Assembly: GCA_937934655.1 (NCBI GenBank)
Contig: CALGZB010000056.1
Span: forward strand, 2,147-66,146
Length of the DNA stretch: 64,000 nt
Source: an uncultured Acidimicrobiales bacterium
Lineage (GTDB): Bacteria > Actinomycetota > Acidimicrobiia > Acidimicrobiales > SHLQ01
Reading direction: 5' to 3'
How positions within the stretch are numbered: the first letter of the stretch is position 1; each line of letters opens with the position of its first letter. Below, in pieces: positions 25,134 to 34,335 of this stretch. The notes beneath the pieces were generated by a model that saw only the letters and a program-made list of their open reading frames with translations, was not told the DNA's origin and did not search any database. A program made the translations under genes and the position numbers.

Positions 25134-26204
25134 ATGACGAATTTGACCACCAATGCGTCCGCCCCGACTGCTCTCGAGGAGCTCGGCGGCTGGCGCGCCG
25201 TGCTCGGCGCTCTAAGCACCGGTGACGACATCACTTCTGAGATGGCCGAAGCGGCGATGCACGCCATCTTGGCGGACGAGGCGACCGACGCCCAGGTTGC
25301 CGGTTTCATCATGAGTCTCCGGATCAAGGGCGAGTCGTCGGCGGAGATGACCGGTCTCGTTCGGGCGATGCAGCAAGCGGCGACCCCACTTCAAATCGCC
25401 AAGGACGCCATCGACATCGTGGGTGTCGGTGGGGCCCCCAGCCGTCAGGTTCACGCACTCAATGTGTCGACGATGGCGGCAATGGTGGCGGCAGCGGCGG
25501 GCGCTCGAGTGTGCAAACACGGCAACCGAAAGGCGTCGTCGACGTCGGGCTCGTTCGACCTGCTCGAGGCGTTGGGCGTTGAGTTCGATGTCACTCCCGA
25601 GGTGCTTGCAGCCGGGGTTGACGAGACGCGGTTGGGGTTTGCGTTTGCACGAACATTTCATCCGGCGATGCGCTTCGTCGCCGGCGTGCGGGCCGAACTT
25701 GGTGTGCCCACCGTCTTCAATCTCATCGGGCCGCTGTCGCACCCTGGGCGCCTTACCCGCCAGGTGATCGGTGTTGCGGATGCCAACCTTGGTGCCCGGA
25801 TGATCGAGGTGCTCAAAGCAAACGGCTCGGTTCATTCCATGGTGGTGACCGGCCACGGGCAGCTCGACGAGTTCACTACCACCGGGCCAACCGTGGTGCA
25901 CGAACTTCGCGATGGTGCCGTCACCACCTATGACGTGGCGCCCGAGTCTCTAGGTTTCGCCGTCGCATCGCCGAATGACTTGGTAGGCGGCGACGCTGAG
26001 GTGAATGCGGAGATCGCTCGTGAGATGTTCGGTGGGGCGGTTGGTCCAAAGCGCGACATCGTCGTGCTGAACGCTGCTGCTGGCTTGGTGGTCGCCGGCG
26101 TCGCCGAGGATCTGTCGGCTGGTGTGGCGCTTGCCGGCGAGGCACTCGACAGCGGCGCGGTTGTGTCGAAGCTGGACGAACTGCGGGCGTACACAAACGC
26201 GTAA
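25134..26204 (+). CDS. trpD: Anthranilate phosphoribosyltransferase
   Basis: DIVGVGGA ... NVSTMAAMVAAAAGARVCKHGNRKASSTSGSFDLLEALG is a typical TrpD core. Length is 356 aa. Confidence 0.9.
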   Translation: MTNLTTNASAPTALEELGGWRAVLGALSTGDDITSEMAEAAMHAILADEATDAQVAGFIMSLRIKGESSAEMTGLVRAMQQAATPLQIAKDAIDIVGVGGAPSRQVHALNVSTMAAMVAAAAGARVCKHGNRKASSTSGSFDLLEALGVEFDVTPEVLAAGVDETRLGFAFARTFHPAMRFVAGVRAELGVPTVFNLIGPLSHPGRLTRQVIGVADANLGARMIEVLKANGSVHSMVVTGHGQLDEFTTTGPTVVHELRDGAVTTYDVAPESLGFAVASPNDLVGGDAEVNAEIAREMFGGAVGPKRDIVVLNAAAGLVVAGVAEDLSAGVALAGEALDSGAVVSKLDELRAYTNA

Positions 26205-26254
26205 GGTTGGAAGTGTCGGAGAGCCTGTCAGACCCCATCGGTAGGTTGGGGTTC

Positions 26255-26458
26255 ATGAGTGCGAACCCCGACCTTCTGACCATCGATTGCGACGATTGCC
26301 GCTTCCAGGAAACCGACGTTTGTTCGGACTGTGTCGTGAGCTTCATTTGTTCGCGTGAACCCGATGATGCAGTCATCGTCGATATGAGCCAGCTCCGAGC
26401 CGTGCGCATGTTGGGCACCGCCGGACTCGTCCCCGAGCTTCGTCACGAGGTCCGGTAG
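26255..26458 (+). CDS. Small Cys-rich hypothetical protein (67 aa)
   Basis: Internal ATG (MSANPDLL). Motif CDDC-x7-CSDC-x5-C. No family that I can name. Confidence 0.4.
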   Translation: MSANPDLLTIDCDDCRFQETDVCSDCVVSFICSREPDDAVIVDMSQLRAVRMLGTAGLVPELRHEVR

Positions 26459-26475
26459 GCGCATAAGATCACCTG

Positions 26476-27594
26476 GTGCTCGCCGCCTCTGTTGTCGATG
26501 ACCTCATCGAGGTTGGTCACGCTCACGGCCTCGACGCCCTCGGTGTGGCCAAGGCCGAACCGTTCGAGGGCACGTTGGCGATACTCGAGCAACGCAAGAG
26601 CGAAGGTTTGCACGGGGGGATGGCGTTTACGTACCGCAATCCTGCCCGCTCGACCGACCCGACTCGTGCGCTGCCAGGGGCGCAAAGCCTCATCGTCGCG
26701 GCGAAGGGTTATCTTCAATCGGGACCCGACGTTCCGGTCGGGTTGAAAGCTCGGGCCGCTCGGTATGTCTGGGACGACCACTACAAGATTCTTACCGAGG
26801 GGCTTGAAGCCATCGGAGAGGTGCTCCGGGCCGATGGTTGGCGGACCCGTGTGTTGGTTGATGACAACGCACTTGTCGACCGCGAAGCGGCCTACCGTGC
26901 CGGGCTCGGCTGGTACGGGAAAAACGCCAATCTGCTGCTTCCTGGTCAAGGAAGCTGGTTCGTACTCGGCTCGCTACTCACCGATGCACCGCTGCCCGCC
27001 AACGAGCAACCGGTCGCTGACGGCTGCGGTACGTGCACACGGTGTATCGATGACTGTCCTACTAGCGCCATAGTTGCACCGGGTGTCGTTGACGCTCGCC
27101 GATGTCTGGCCTGGATCGTGCAGGACTCGGGTGAGTTTCCTGTGGAGTACCGACGAGCCCTCGGCGACCGACTCTACGGCTGCGACGACTGCCAGGAAGT
27201 TTGCCCGCCAAACCGAGCGTTCGAACGGCGCGGAACTCGCGAAGACTCATTGCCAGCCGGAACGGTCGAGTCGGTGTGGTTTGACCTTCGCCATGTGCTC
27301 ACCGCTAGCGACGAAGAACTTCTCGAAACCTACGGACGCTGGTACATCGCCAAGCGCGATCCCAACTATCTCCGTCGCAATGCGCTGGTGGTTCTGGCAA
27401 ATGTGGGCGCCGCCGATATCGATGCAGCAAGGACGCTTGTGGCCGGGGCACTCGACCATGAATCTGGTCTTGTCAGGGCTCACGCCGTTTGGGCGGCAGG
27501 CGAGCTCGGATTCTCCGACCTGGTCGAGAGCGTCGGTTCCGACGATGATCCAATGGTGCAGGTCGAACGGGCGCGCTGGGTGGGGTCGACATAG
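26476..27594 (+). CDS. queG: tRNA epoxyqueuosine(34) reductase
   Basis: Ferredoxin-type clusters CGTCTRCIDDCP and CDDCQEVCPPN, the QueG-like N-terminal region (GMAFTYRNP, YGKNANLL), and C-terminal HEAT-like repeats. Confidence 0.8.
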   Translation: MLAASVVDDLIEVGHAHGLDALGVAKAEPFEGTLAILEQRKSEGLHGGMAFTYRNPARSTDPTRALPGAQSLIVAAKGYLQSGPDVPVGLKARAARYVWDDHYKILTEGLEAIGEVLRADGWRTRVLVDDNALVDREAAYRAGLGWYGKNANLLLPGQGSWFVLGSLLTDAPLPANEQPVADGCGTCTRCIDDCPTSAIVAPGVVDARRCLAWIVQDSGEFPVEYRRALGDRLYGCDDCQEVCPPNRAFERRGTREDSLPAGTVESVWFDLRHVLTASDEELLETYGRWYIAKRDPNYLRRNALVVLANVGAADIDAARTLVAGALDHESGLVRAHAVWAAGELGFSDLVESVGSDDDPMVQVERARWVGST

Positions 27595-28751
27595 TGGCCA
27601 GACACCTTCTTGTCACCAACGACTTCCCGCCCAAACTCGGAGGCATCCAGGCATACCTCTGGGAACTCTGGCGCCGACTGCCACCCGACGATGTCGTCGT
27701 CTACACCACCCCGTACGCAGGTGCTGCCGAGTTCGACGCTCAGCAAGCGTTTCGCATCGAACGTTCGGTCGAGCCCTTTCTTCTTCCGAACCCGGTCTTG
27801 ACCCGACGCATCAACAAGCTCGCAGCCGACGTCGGCGCAGTGTTTGTGTTGCTTGATCCTGCCGTTCCGCTTGGTGTGATCGGGCCGGGGCTCGACCTGC
27901 CCTACGGCGTAGTGCTGCACGGTGCCGAGGTCGCTATTCCTGGTCGGCTTCCCGTATCCGGCGCCGTCCTTCGGCGGACCCTGGTGGGCGCCGACCTCGT
28001 TATCGCGGCTGGCGGCTATCCAGCTGCCGAGGCAGAGCGTGCAGCAAAAACGACGTTGCCGACCGTCGTCATCCCGCCGGGCGTCGACACGCAGCGATTC
28101 AGACCGTCATCTCGCGAGCAGCGAAGCGCAACGCGCCGTGTCTTTGACTTGCCCGAAGACGCTCAGATCGTTCTTGGGGTCAGCCGCCTGGTTCCTCGCA
28201 AAGGTTTCGACACGGTTATCCGCGCCATCGCCCGACTCGCTGTCGACAATCCGTCAGTGGTGGGTGTTATCGCTGGCGACGGACGCGATAGGAAACGACT
28301 TGTTCGACTTGCCGACGAACTTGCTGCGCCCGTGCGGTTCCTCGGACGGGTTCCCGACGAGGCGCTGCCCGATCTTTACGCCGCAGCCGATGTCTTTGCC
28401 ATGATGTCGCGAGTCCGCTGGATGGGCCTCGAACAAGAGGGATTCGGCATCGTTTTTGTCGAGGCTGCGGCGGCTGGTGTTCCACAAATCGCTGGGGCAA
28501 GTGGGGGAGCCCATGAGGCGGTCGCTCACGGCGAAACCGGCATCGTCGTTTCTGATCCCACCGATGTCGGGGCACTCACCCGCCACCTCGCAACGCTGCT
28601 CGCCGACGAAGACCTTCAGCGCCGCTACGGCGCAGCAGCACGTGACCGGTCAGTATCGGAGTTCGACTACGACGTCTTGGCCACCCGTCTTCGCGAAGCG
28701 CTTGACGCTTTCGGGGAACGCACGCACCGTTCACAACAGGGGAGTAAGTAA
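27594..28751 (+). CDS. GT4 family glycosyltransferase (PimB/MgtA-like mannosyltransferase type)
   Basis: The start overlaps the queG stop by 1 nt. The C-terminal EQEGFGIVFVEAAAAGVPQIAG motif (E-x7-E type) is typical of the Glycos_transf_1 fold. Confidence 0.8.
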   Translation: MARHLLVTNDFPPKLGGIQAYLWELWRRLPPDDVVVYTTPYAGAAEFDAQQAFRIERSVEPFLLPNPVLTRRINKLAADVGAVFVLLDPAVPLGVIGPGLDLPYGVVLHGAEVAIPGRLPVSGAVLRRTLVGADLVIAAGGYPAAEAERAAKTTLPTVVIPPGVDTQRFRPSSREQRSATRRVFDLPEDAQIVLGVSRLVPRKGFDTVIRAIARLAVDNPSVVGVIAGDGRDRKRLVRLADELAAPVRFLGRVPDEALPDLYAAADVFAMMSRVRWMGLEQEGFGIVFVEAAAAGVPQIAGASGGAHEAVAHGETGIVVSDPTDVGALTRHLATLLADEDLQRRYGAAARDRSVSEFDYDVLATRLREALDAFGERTHRSQQGSK

Positions 28752-28757
28752 CTCGTC

Positions 28758-29171
28758 ATGCCCGTTCTCGCAAGGTTGTCGTGGATCGGCACCGTCCTCT
28801 TTGTTGCCACAGCGGTTCCGGCGGCATTCGAAGTGACCTCGTTCGAGTTGCCCGCCGCCATTGTGGCGCTGGTCCTGTTTGCCTGCGGCATCCTCGCCTT
28901 TCTCTGGGCTCTTGCCATTGCGATCGAGCGAAGTCGAGTCGACGCCATTGGTATGGGGGGCTTGTTCTTCCTCGCCGGCAGCGCGCCCAAGGGTGTGCAG
29001 CGCCACTTTCTTGCGTCGCTCTTCGTTCAGGTGGTGTGCGGTTTCGCCACCGCATCCATGCGTCCGTTCACTTCGTTGGCATTCGGGATTCTTGTTGCGA
29101 TGTTCGGGTTAGGCGTCGCCGGGCTTTGGGGAGCAAAGCATGGCGAGTTCGACCTCCGTTCTAGTGAGTAG
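28758..29171 (+). CDS. Small integral membrane protein
   Basis: 137 aa with 4 hydrophobic helices, starting 7 nt after the GT4 gene. Confidence 0.5.
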   Translation: MPVLARLSWIGTVLFVATAVPAAFEVTSFELPAAIVALVLFACGILAFLWALAIAIERSRVDAIGMGGLFFLAGSAPKGVQRHFLASLFVQVVCGFATASMRPFTSLAFGILVAMFGLGVAGLWGAKHGEFDLRSSE

Positions 29172-29210
29172 AGTTGCTAACGTCAGAGCACAGCCGCTCT
29201 TTCCGATTTC

Positions 29211-29696
29211 TTGCTGAACCGTCTTCCCATCGACCCCATCTGCGACATGTCTGATCACACCACGCAACACATCACGATCGCTGCGCCACCCGAGCGTTGC
29301 TTCGAATTGGCCGCCGACTACTCGAGTTATGCCGAGTGGGCCGACGACATCAAAGAAAGCACGGTGCTGACCACCGATGAGCTTGGCCGCGGTAGCGAGG
29401 TCGAGTTTCGGGCGGCTGCTATGGGTCGCAGTACCCACTACGTGCTTCGTTACAACTACGGCTCCAATCCGCTTCGGATTTCCTGGCGGCTGATGAGCGG
29501 TGATGTCATGGTCCGTCTCGACGGCGAGTACGAGTTCGCAACCGTCGATGGCGACCCGAATGCAACCCAGGTCACCTACGACCTCAACGTCGATTTGGCC
29601 GTCCAACTCCCTGGATTCGTGAAGCGTCGCGCCGAGACCAAGATCATCCATACCGCCCTTGATGAGCTCAAACAGCGGGTCGAGAGTCAGCCCTAG
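29211..29696 (+). CDS. SRPBCC (START/polyketide cyclase-dehydrase-like) family protein
   Basis: ITIAAPPERCFELAADYSSYAEWADDIKES, followed by a beta-rich remainder, is typical of the SRPBCC fold. Confidence 0.65.
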   Translation: MLNRLPIDPICDMSDHTTQHITIAAPPERCFELAADYSSYAEWADDIKESTVLTTDELGRGSEVEFRAAAMGRSTHYVLRYNYGSNPLRISWRLMSGDVMVRLDGEYEFATVDGDPNATQVTYDLNVDLAVQLPGFVKRRAETKIIHTALDELKQRVESQP

Positions 29697-29774
29697 AGCG
29701 GGTTTGGTTTCGCATCACCTCCGTATTGGTCAATAACCGCTGGATATCAGCAGGAAACGACCGATACCTAGAGG

Positions 29775-31724
29775 GTGAGGATCGTACGAATCGCGAACCC
29801 GAATCCGGCGCTGCCGGATCTCGAGTTGCACCCAAAGCTGACTGTTATCACCGGTCTCAGTACCGCCGACCAGCTGCAGCTCTGCACGGCCCTCAACGCA
29901 GTCCTCACGGCGCAACCAATCGACCTCGCAACCGTTGTTGGAATCGGCGACAACGAGATCGCGGTCCACGGGATTGCGCCGGTGCCCCCAGGCGCCGAAG
30001 ACGCCACGCCGGTCCTGACGTACAAGAGTTTCCTGACCCCGGTCATTAAGACCGATGAGGCGGCCCGGCTTGCGCTGGCGGCCGAGGTGGAGTCGGTCAA
30101 CGAAGCGATCATCGAATCCAAGCTCTATCGCGGTGAGTTGAGCGATGCTCTTGTAGCGGCGGAGAACCGCATCGATCCGTCCACAACCCGAGCGCTTGCT
30201 GACGTTGCGTGCAGCGTCGCCGATCTCGAGGCTCAGCTCGGTATGACCACCGGTCAAGCTGCCCTCGTCAACATCGACAAGATCCGGGTCCGTCGCGAAG
30301 CTCTCGCTTCATTGGCAGATTCGCTCGAGGCCCGCACGGGCTGGTTGAGCAGCGACGGCGACCGGGTAATTCGAGTCGCTATTGCTGGTCTTCGTGACGC
30401 GATCGCTACCGATAACTCGGTGTCACTGACCGCACAGGTTCTCGCCGACGATTGGTCGCGAGCCCAGGCTCGTTTCGAAACAGCACAAGCTCGTCTCGAG
30501 ATGACCCACGGAGACCTTGACATGCTCGCAGCGAGGCTCGAAGCATCGATCCGTCGCTTCGAATCGGTCAGCGAACGAAAGACTGCCAAGCCTTCGATCT
30601 CTGAATCCGACATTGCGCTTCTTGAAGAAGCCCACGACAGAGTCGTCGAAGCCGAATCTCGGGTCACCGGGCGCGCAAGCATCTACCGGCCAGAACTCAT
30701 TGTCGCTCGCCGATCCGAACAACGGATCTTGGATCGTCTTGGATTCGCGACGTGGGCCGAGTTCATGCTCGAAGGTGCCTTCGACTCGACCAGTAGCGGG
30801 TCGAATCGAGACCTCGATCTCGCCCGTCGTGACCTCATCGACATCCAACGTCGATGGGACGAATTTAGTCGGCAATTCGAGTCCGACGAAGAACTTTCCG
30901 CAGCGGCCGCCGAACTCGATCGGATCGCCGACGCAGCACAAGAACTGATAGGTGAGTCCGACGACCTCGAATCGGAGCTGCGCGCTCACCGTGTTCGTGT
31001 CCTCGATCGTTCGCCCGACGCCATTCCCGATGCCCGCCGTGAACTTACCGCAGTGCTCGAAGCTCTCGGATTCGAAGATCTCGAGGATCTGGACGAAAAG
31101 GATCTCATCCAAATCGGTACCGACTGGCAGCATGTTGCCAAAGAGATGCAGTCCGAAGCAGCAGAACTTGAAACCTACCAGCGAGCATGTGCCGCTGAAA
31201 TCGCTCGGCTCGATCAGAGCATCGCTCATGACGAAGCCGGGAGTGAAGCACAGACACGTGACCCTCGGATCGATCTGATGGTCAGCATCTTGCAAGCCTC
31301 GGAAGCCGCATTCGATCGAAACATTCAAGCGCAACTCGACCACTCGCTCGCTGCCGAACAGACCGCCATCCTCGAACGTCAGCTGCAACGGCTCGAAACG
31401 CACGCTGCGGCCAAGACCGAACAACTCGCGAACGCTGAAGAGCCAAGTGAGTGGGTTCCTGTCGACGCCCCAACCGCAGCGCAAACAATGGTTGAACACT
31501 TCGAGAGCCTTCGCCAAGCAACGTCATCAACGCTTCCTGCGGTTCTCGATCAGCCGCTATCGGTACTGGATATCGCGGCGCAAACATCAGTGCTGGTGGA
31601 CTTCATGAAGGCCAGCGAAGGTATCCAGGTCATCTGGTTCAACCCGGAGCGCCTCATTGTCGACTGGGCATCGAGTCTGGGCGATGACGCTCAGGTCCTT
31701 CGTTTCACGAGTGCCGAGCGCTAG
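29775..31724 (+). CDS. SMC/RecF-like coiled-coil protein with degenerate ATPase head motifs
   Basis: The N-terminal DLELHPKLTVITGLSTADQ sits where the P-loop is expected. About 500 aa of acidic coiled coil follow. The C-terminal LPAVLDQPLSVLD ... IQVIWFNPE sits where Walker B and the D-loop are expected. High GC3 on the + strand; the antisense ORF 30423..31517 looks random. Confidence 0.6.
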   Translation: MRIVRIANPNPALPDLELHPKLTVITGLSTADQLQLCTALNAVLTAQPIDLATVVGIGDNEIAVHGIAPVPPGAEDATPVLTYKSFLTPVIKTDEAARLALAAEVESVNEAIIESKLYRGELSDALVAAENRIDPSTTRALADVACSVADLEAQLGMTTGQAALVNIDKIRVRREALASLADSLEARTGWLSSDGDRVIRVAIAGLRDAIATDNSVSLTAQVLADDWSRAQARFETAQARLEMTHGDLDMLAARLEASIRRFESVSERKTAKPSISESDIALLEEAHDRVVEAESRVTGRASIYRPELIVARRSEQRILDRLGFATWAEFMLEGAFDSTSSGSNRDLDLARRDLIDIQRRWDEFSRQFESDEELSAAAAELDRIADAAQELIGESDDLESELRAHRVRVLDRSPDAIPDARRELTAVLEALGFEDLEDLDEKDLIQIGTDWQHVAKEMQSEAAELETYQRACAAEIARLDQSIAHDEAGSEAQTRDPRIDLMVSILQASEAAFDRNIQAQLDHSLAAEQTAILERQLQRLETHAAAKTEQLANAEEPSEWVPVDAPTAAQTMVEHFESLRQATSSTLPAVLDQPLSVLDIAAQTSVLVDFMKASEGIQVIWFNPERLIVDWASSLGDDAQVLRFTSAER

Positions 31725-31735
31725 CAGATAGACCG

Positions 31736-33214
31736 TTAGCTCGGGACTTCCCAACCAAGGGAACGCTCGACGGCACGTCGCCAATTTCCAAAACCAGCAG
31801 CGACGTCGTCGGCATTGCCCGCCGGGTCGAATTCGCCGTCCGCTGCCCAGTGCCCGGCCAGCTCTTCGGTGCTCGACCAGATTCCCTCAGCGAGTCCGGC
31901 CATGTAGGCCGTGCCGAGCGCCGTGGTTTCCTGAACCTTGGCTCGGAGCACTCGCACGCCGAGCTGATCGGCCTGAAATTGGAGAAGGAGATCCATGATC
32001 GAGGCTCCGCCATCGACCCGAAGATCCTTCACCTGATGGCCCGATGCAGCGCTCATTGCATCGACGACATCGCGAGATTGGTACGCCATCGCTTCGACGA
32101 CTGCCCGGGCAATTTCGGGGCGACCGGTTCCGCGGGTCAGGCCGACAATTGTGCCCCGGGCGTAGGGATCCCACCAGGGGCTTCCGAGTCCGGCGAATGC
32201 TGGAACAAGGTACACACCGCCTGTGTCTTCGCAGCTTGCAGCGAGGGGGCCGATCTCGGAGGCGTCGCTAATGATGCCGAGCCCGTCTCGTAGCCATTGA
32301 ATCGCTGCGCCGGTGACAAACACTGCGCCTTCGAGGGCGTAGGTGACACTGCCGTCGGCAAGCTGCCAACCCACGGTGGTGAGAAGTCCTTCGACCGGGT
32401 CGGGGCAGGTACTGCCGATGTTCATGAGCACGAATGAGCCGGTGCCGTAGGTGTTCTTAGCCATGCCGGGTTCGAAACAGGCCTGACCAAACAGGGCAGC
32501 TTGTTGGTCGCCGGCCATTCCGCTCACCGGTATCCCGGCGGGAATCGGTAGTCCGGTAGTTGTAACACCGAAACGGCCGCTAGATGGGCGGACCTCGGGA
32601 AGGCAGGAGTGAGGAATTCCGAAAAGGTCGGTGAGGTCGTCTGACCATGCCATCGAGCGAATGTCGAACAGCATCGTTCTGCTGGCGTTTGAGGGTTCGG
32701 TGGCGTGCTCGGCTCCGCCGGTGAGGTTCCACAGGACCCACGAGTCGACGGTTCCGAACGCGGTGTTGGGGCCTTTTGAAACACCAGCCTCGTTGAACAG
32801 CCACTCGAGTTTTGACGACGAGAAATAGGGATCGAGAACAAGCCCAGATTGCGAACGCACCATGTCGAGGTGTCCATCGTCCTCTAACTGATCACAACGG
32901 GCGGCGGTGCGGCGGTCCTGCCAGACGATGGCGCGATGAAGCGGTTGGCCAGTTGACTTGTCCCAGACCACGACCGTTTCGCGTTGATCGGTGACCCCGA
33001 TCGCTGCGATGGGTTGGTTGAGCTTCGCGACGAGTTCGGTCAACGTGGCGACGATTGCTTCCCAAATTTCGAGGGCATCGTGCTCGACCCAGCCAGGATG
33101 CGGAAAGTATTGCGGGAACTCGCGATATGCCCAGCCGACCGGTGCGCCGGTTTCATCAACGGCAAAGGACCTGACCCCGGTGGTGCCAGCGTCGATGGAA
33201 ACAACAATTGCCAT
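31736..33214 (-). CDS. glpK: Glycerol kinase
   Basis: Internal ATG (MAIVVSIDAGTTGVRSF). HPGWVEHDALEIW and the FGGY C-terminal region are present. The 22-aa upstream extension in the track ORF is unlikely to be real. Confidence 0.9.
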   Translation of the reverse strand: MAIVVSIDAGTTGVRSFAVDETGAPVGWAYREFPQYFPHPGWVEHDALEIWEAIVATLTELVAKLNQPIAAIGVTDQRETVVVWDKSTGQPLHRAIVWQDRRTAARCDQLEDDGHLDMVRSQSGLVLDPYFSSSKLEWLFNEAGVSKGPNTAFGTVDSWVLWNLTGGAEHATEPSNASRTMLFDIRSMAWSDDLTDLFGIPHSCLPEVRPSSGRFGVTTTGLPIPAGIPVSGMAGDQQAALFGQACFEPGMAKNTYGTGSFVLMNIGSTCPDPVEGLLTTVGWQLADGSVTYALEGAVFVTGAAIQWLRDGLGIISDASEIGPLAASCEDTGGVYLVPAFAGLGSPWWDPYARGTIVGLTRGTGRPEIARAVVEAMAYQSRDVVDAMSAASGHQVKDLRVDGGASIMDLLLQFQADQLGVRVLRAKVQETTALGTAYMAGLAEGIWSSTEELAGHWAADGEFDPAGNADDVAAGFGNWRRAVERSLGWEVPS

Positions 33215-33306
33215 AGCGGAAGCCTTTCGGTTCTTCGAAAGAGCTAACCGTACCCTTCCCCGCAAAGTAAGATAATGCATTCGAAACCGAAGGGATCTTT
33301 TCGATC

Positions 33307-34335
33307 ATGAATGTGGGCGTACTAACCGGCGGCGGCGATTGTCCGGGACTTAACGCGGTCATTCGCGGTGTCGTTCGAAAAGCGGAGAAACACTACGGCG
33401 ATACCGTCTTGGGGTTTCACGACGGATGGCGTGGCGTGCTCGACAACGAGTTCACTGAGCTCACCATCGAGGCCTGTCGCGGTATTCTTCCGCGAGGCGG
33501 CACCATCATCGGAACCTCGCGTATCCAACCCTTTATGTACGAGGATGGAATGGATCGGGTGCGGGCCACGATGGAGGCCAACGAACTCGACGCCATCATC
33601 GTTATCGGCGGTGAAGGGACCCTGTCCGCCGCCCTGGCGGTGTTTAACGAGGGTGTTCCGATCGTCGGTGTCCCAAAGACCATCGACAACGACATCGGTG
33701 GGACCGAGCGTACTTTTGGCTTCGATACTGCGGTGGCGATCGCCACCGACGCAATCGATCGGCTCCACACGACCGCCGAGTCTCATGACCGGGTCATGAT
33801 CTGCGAAGTAATGGGGCGCCACGTCGGACATATCGCTACCTGGGCCGGAATCGCTGGAGGCGCAACGATGACTCTCATTCCAGAGCATCCGTTCGATGTC
33901 GAGGCCGTCTGCGCATCACTTGTGCGACGTCACGACAACAACCGGTACGCATCGGTGGTAGTCGTTGCCGAAGGAGCAAAGCCCATCGAGGGCTCCCTTG
34001 AGCTGCCGAAAGAAGAGATCGACGAGTACGGCCATATCCGTCTGGGCGGAATCGGCCACATTCTCGGCCGCGAGATCGAATCGCGTACCGGCCTCGAAAC
34101 CCGAGTCACCACGCTTGGCCATGTCCAGCGCGGTGGAACCCCGACACCGTTCGATCGAGTGCTGAGCACCCGTTTCGGCGTTGCTGCGATCGATGCTGTT
34201 CACGACGGCAAATTCGGTCACATGGTTTCGCTCAATGCCGCTTCGATCAAGCCGCGGCCGCTCACCGAGTGTGTCGCCGAACTGAAGTATGTATCTGACG
34301 AGTTGTACAGCGTGGCCGAACAGTTCTTCGCATGA
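33307..34335 (+). CDS. pfkA: 6-phosphofructokinase (ATP- or PPi-dependent, actinobacterial type)
   Basis: MNVGVLTGGGDCPGLNAVIRGVV, VIGGEGTLS, GVPKTIDND and MGRHVGHIA are canonical PFK motifs. Confidence 0.9.
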   Translation: MNVGVLTGGGDCPGLNAVIRGVVRKAEKHYGDTVLGFHDGWRGVLDNEFTELTIEACRGILPRGGTIIGTSRIQPFMYEDGMDRVRATMEANELDAIIVIGGEGTLSAALAVFNEGVPIVGVPKTIDNDIGGTERTFGFDTAVAIATDAIDRLHTTAESHDRVMICEVMGRHVGHIATWAGIAGGATMTLIPEHPFDVEAVCASLVRRHDNNRYASVVVVAEGAKPIEGSLELPKEEIDEYGHIRLGGIGHILGREIESRTGLETRVTTLGHVQRGGTPTPFDRVLSTRFGVAAIDAVHDGKFGHMVSLNAASIKPRPLTECVAELKYVSDELYSVAEQFFA

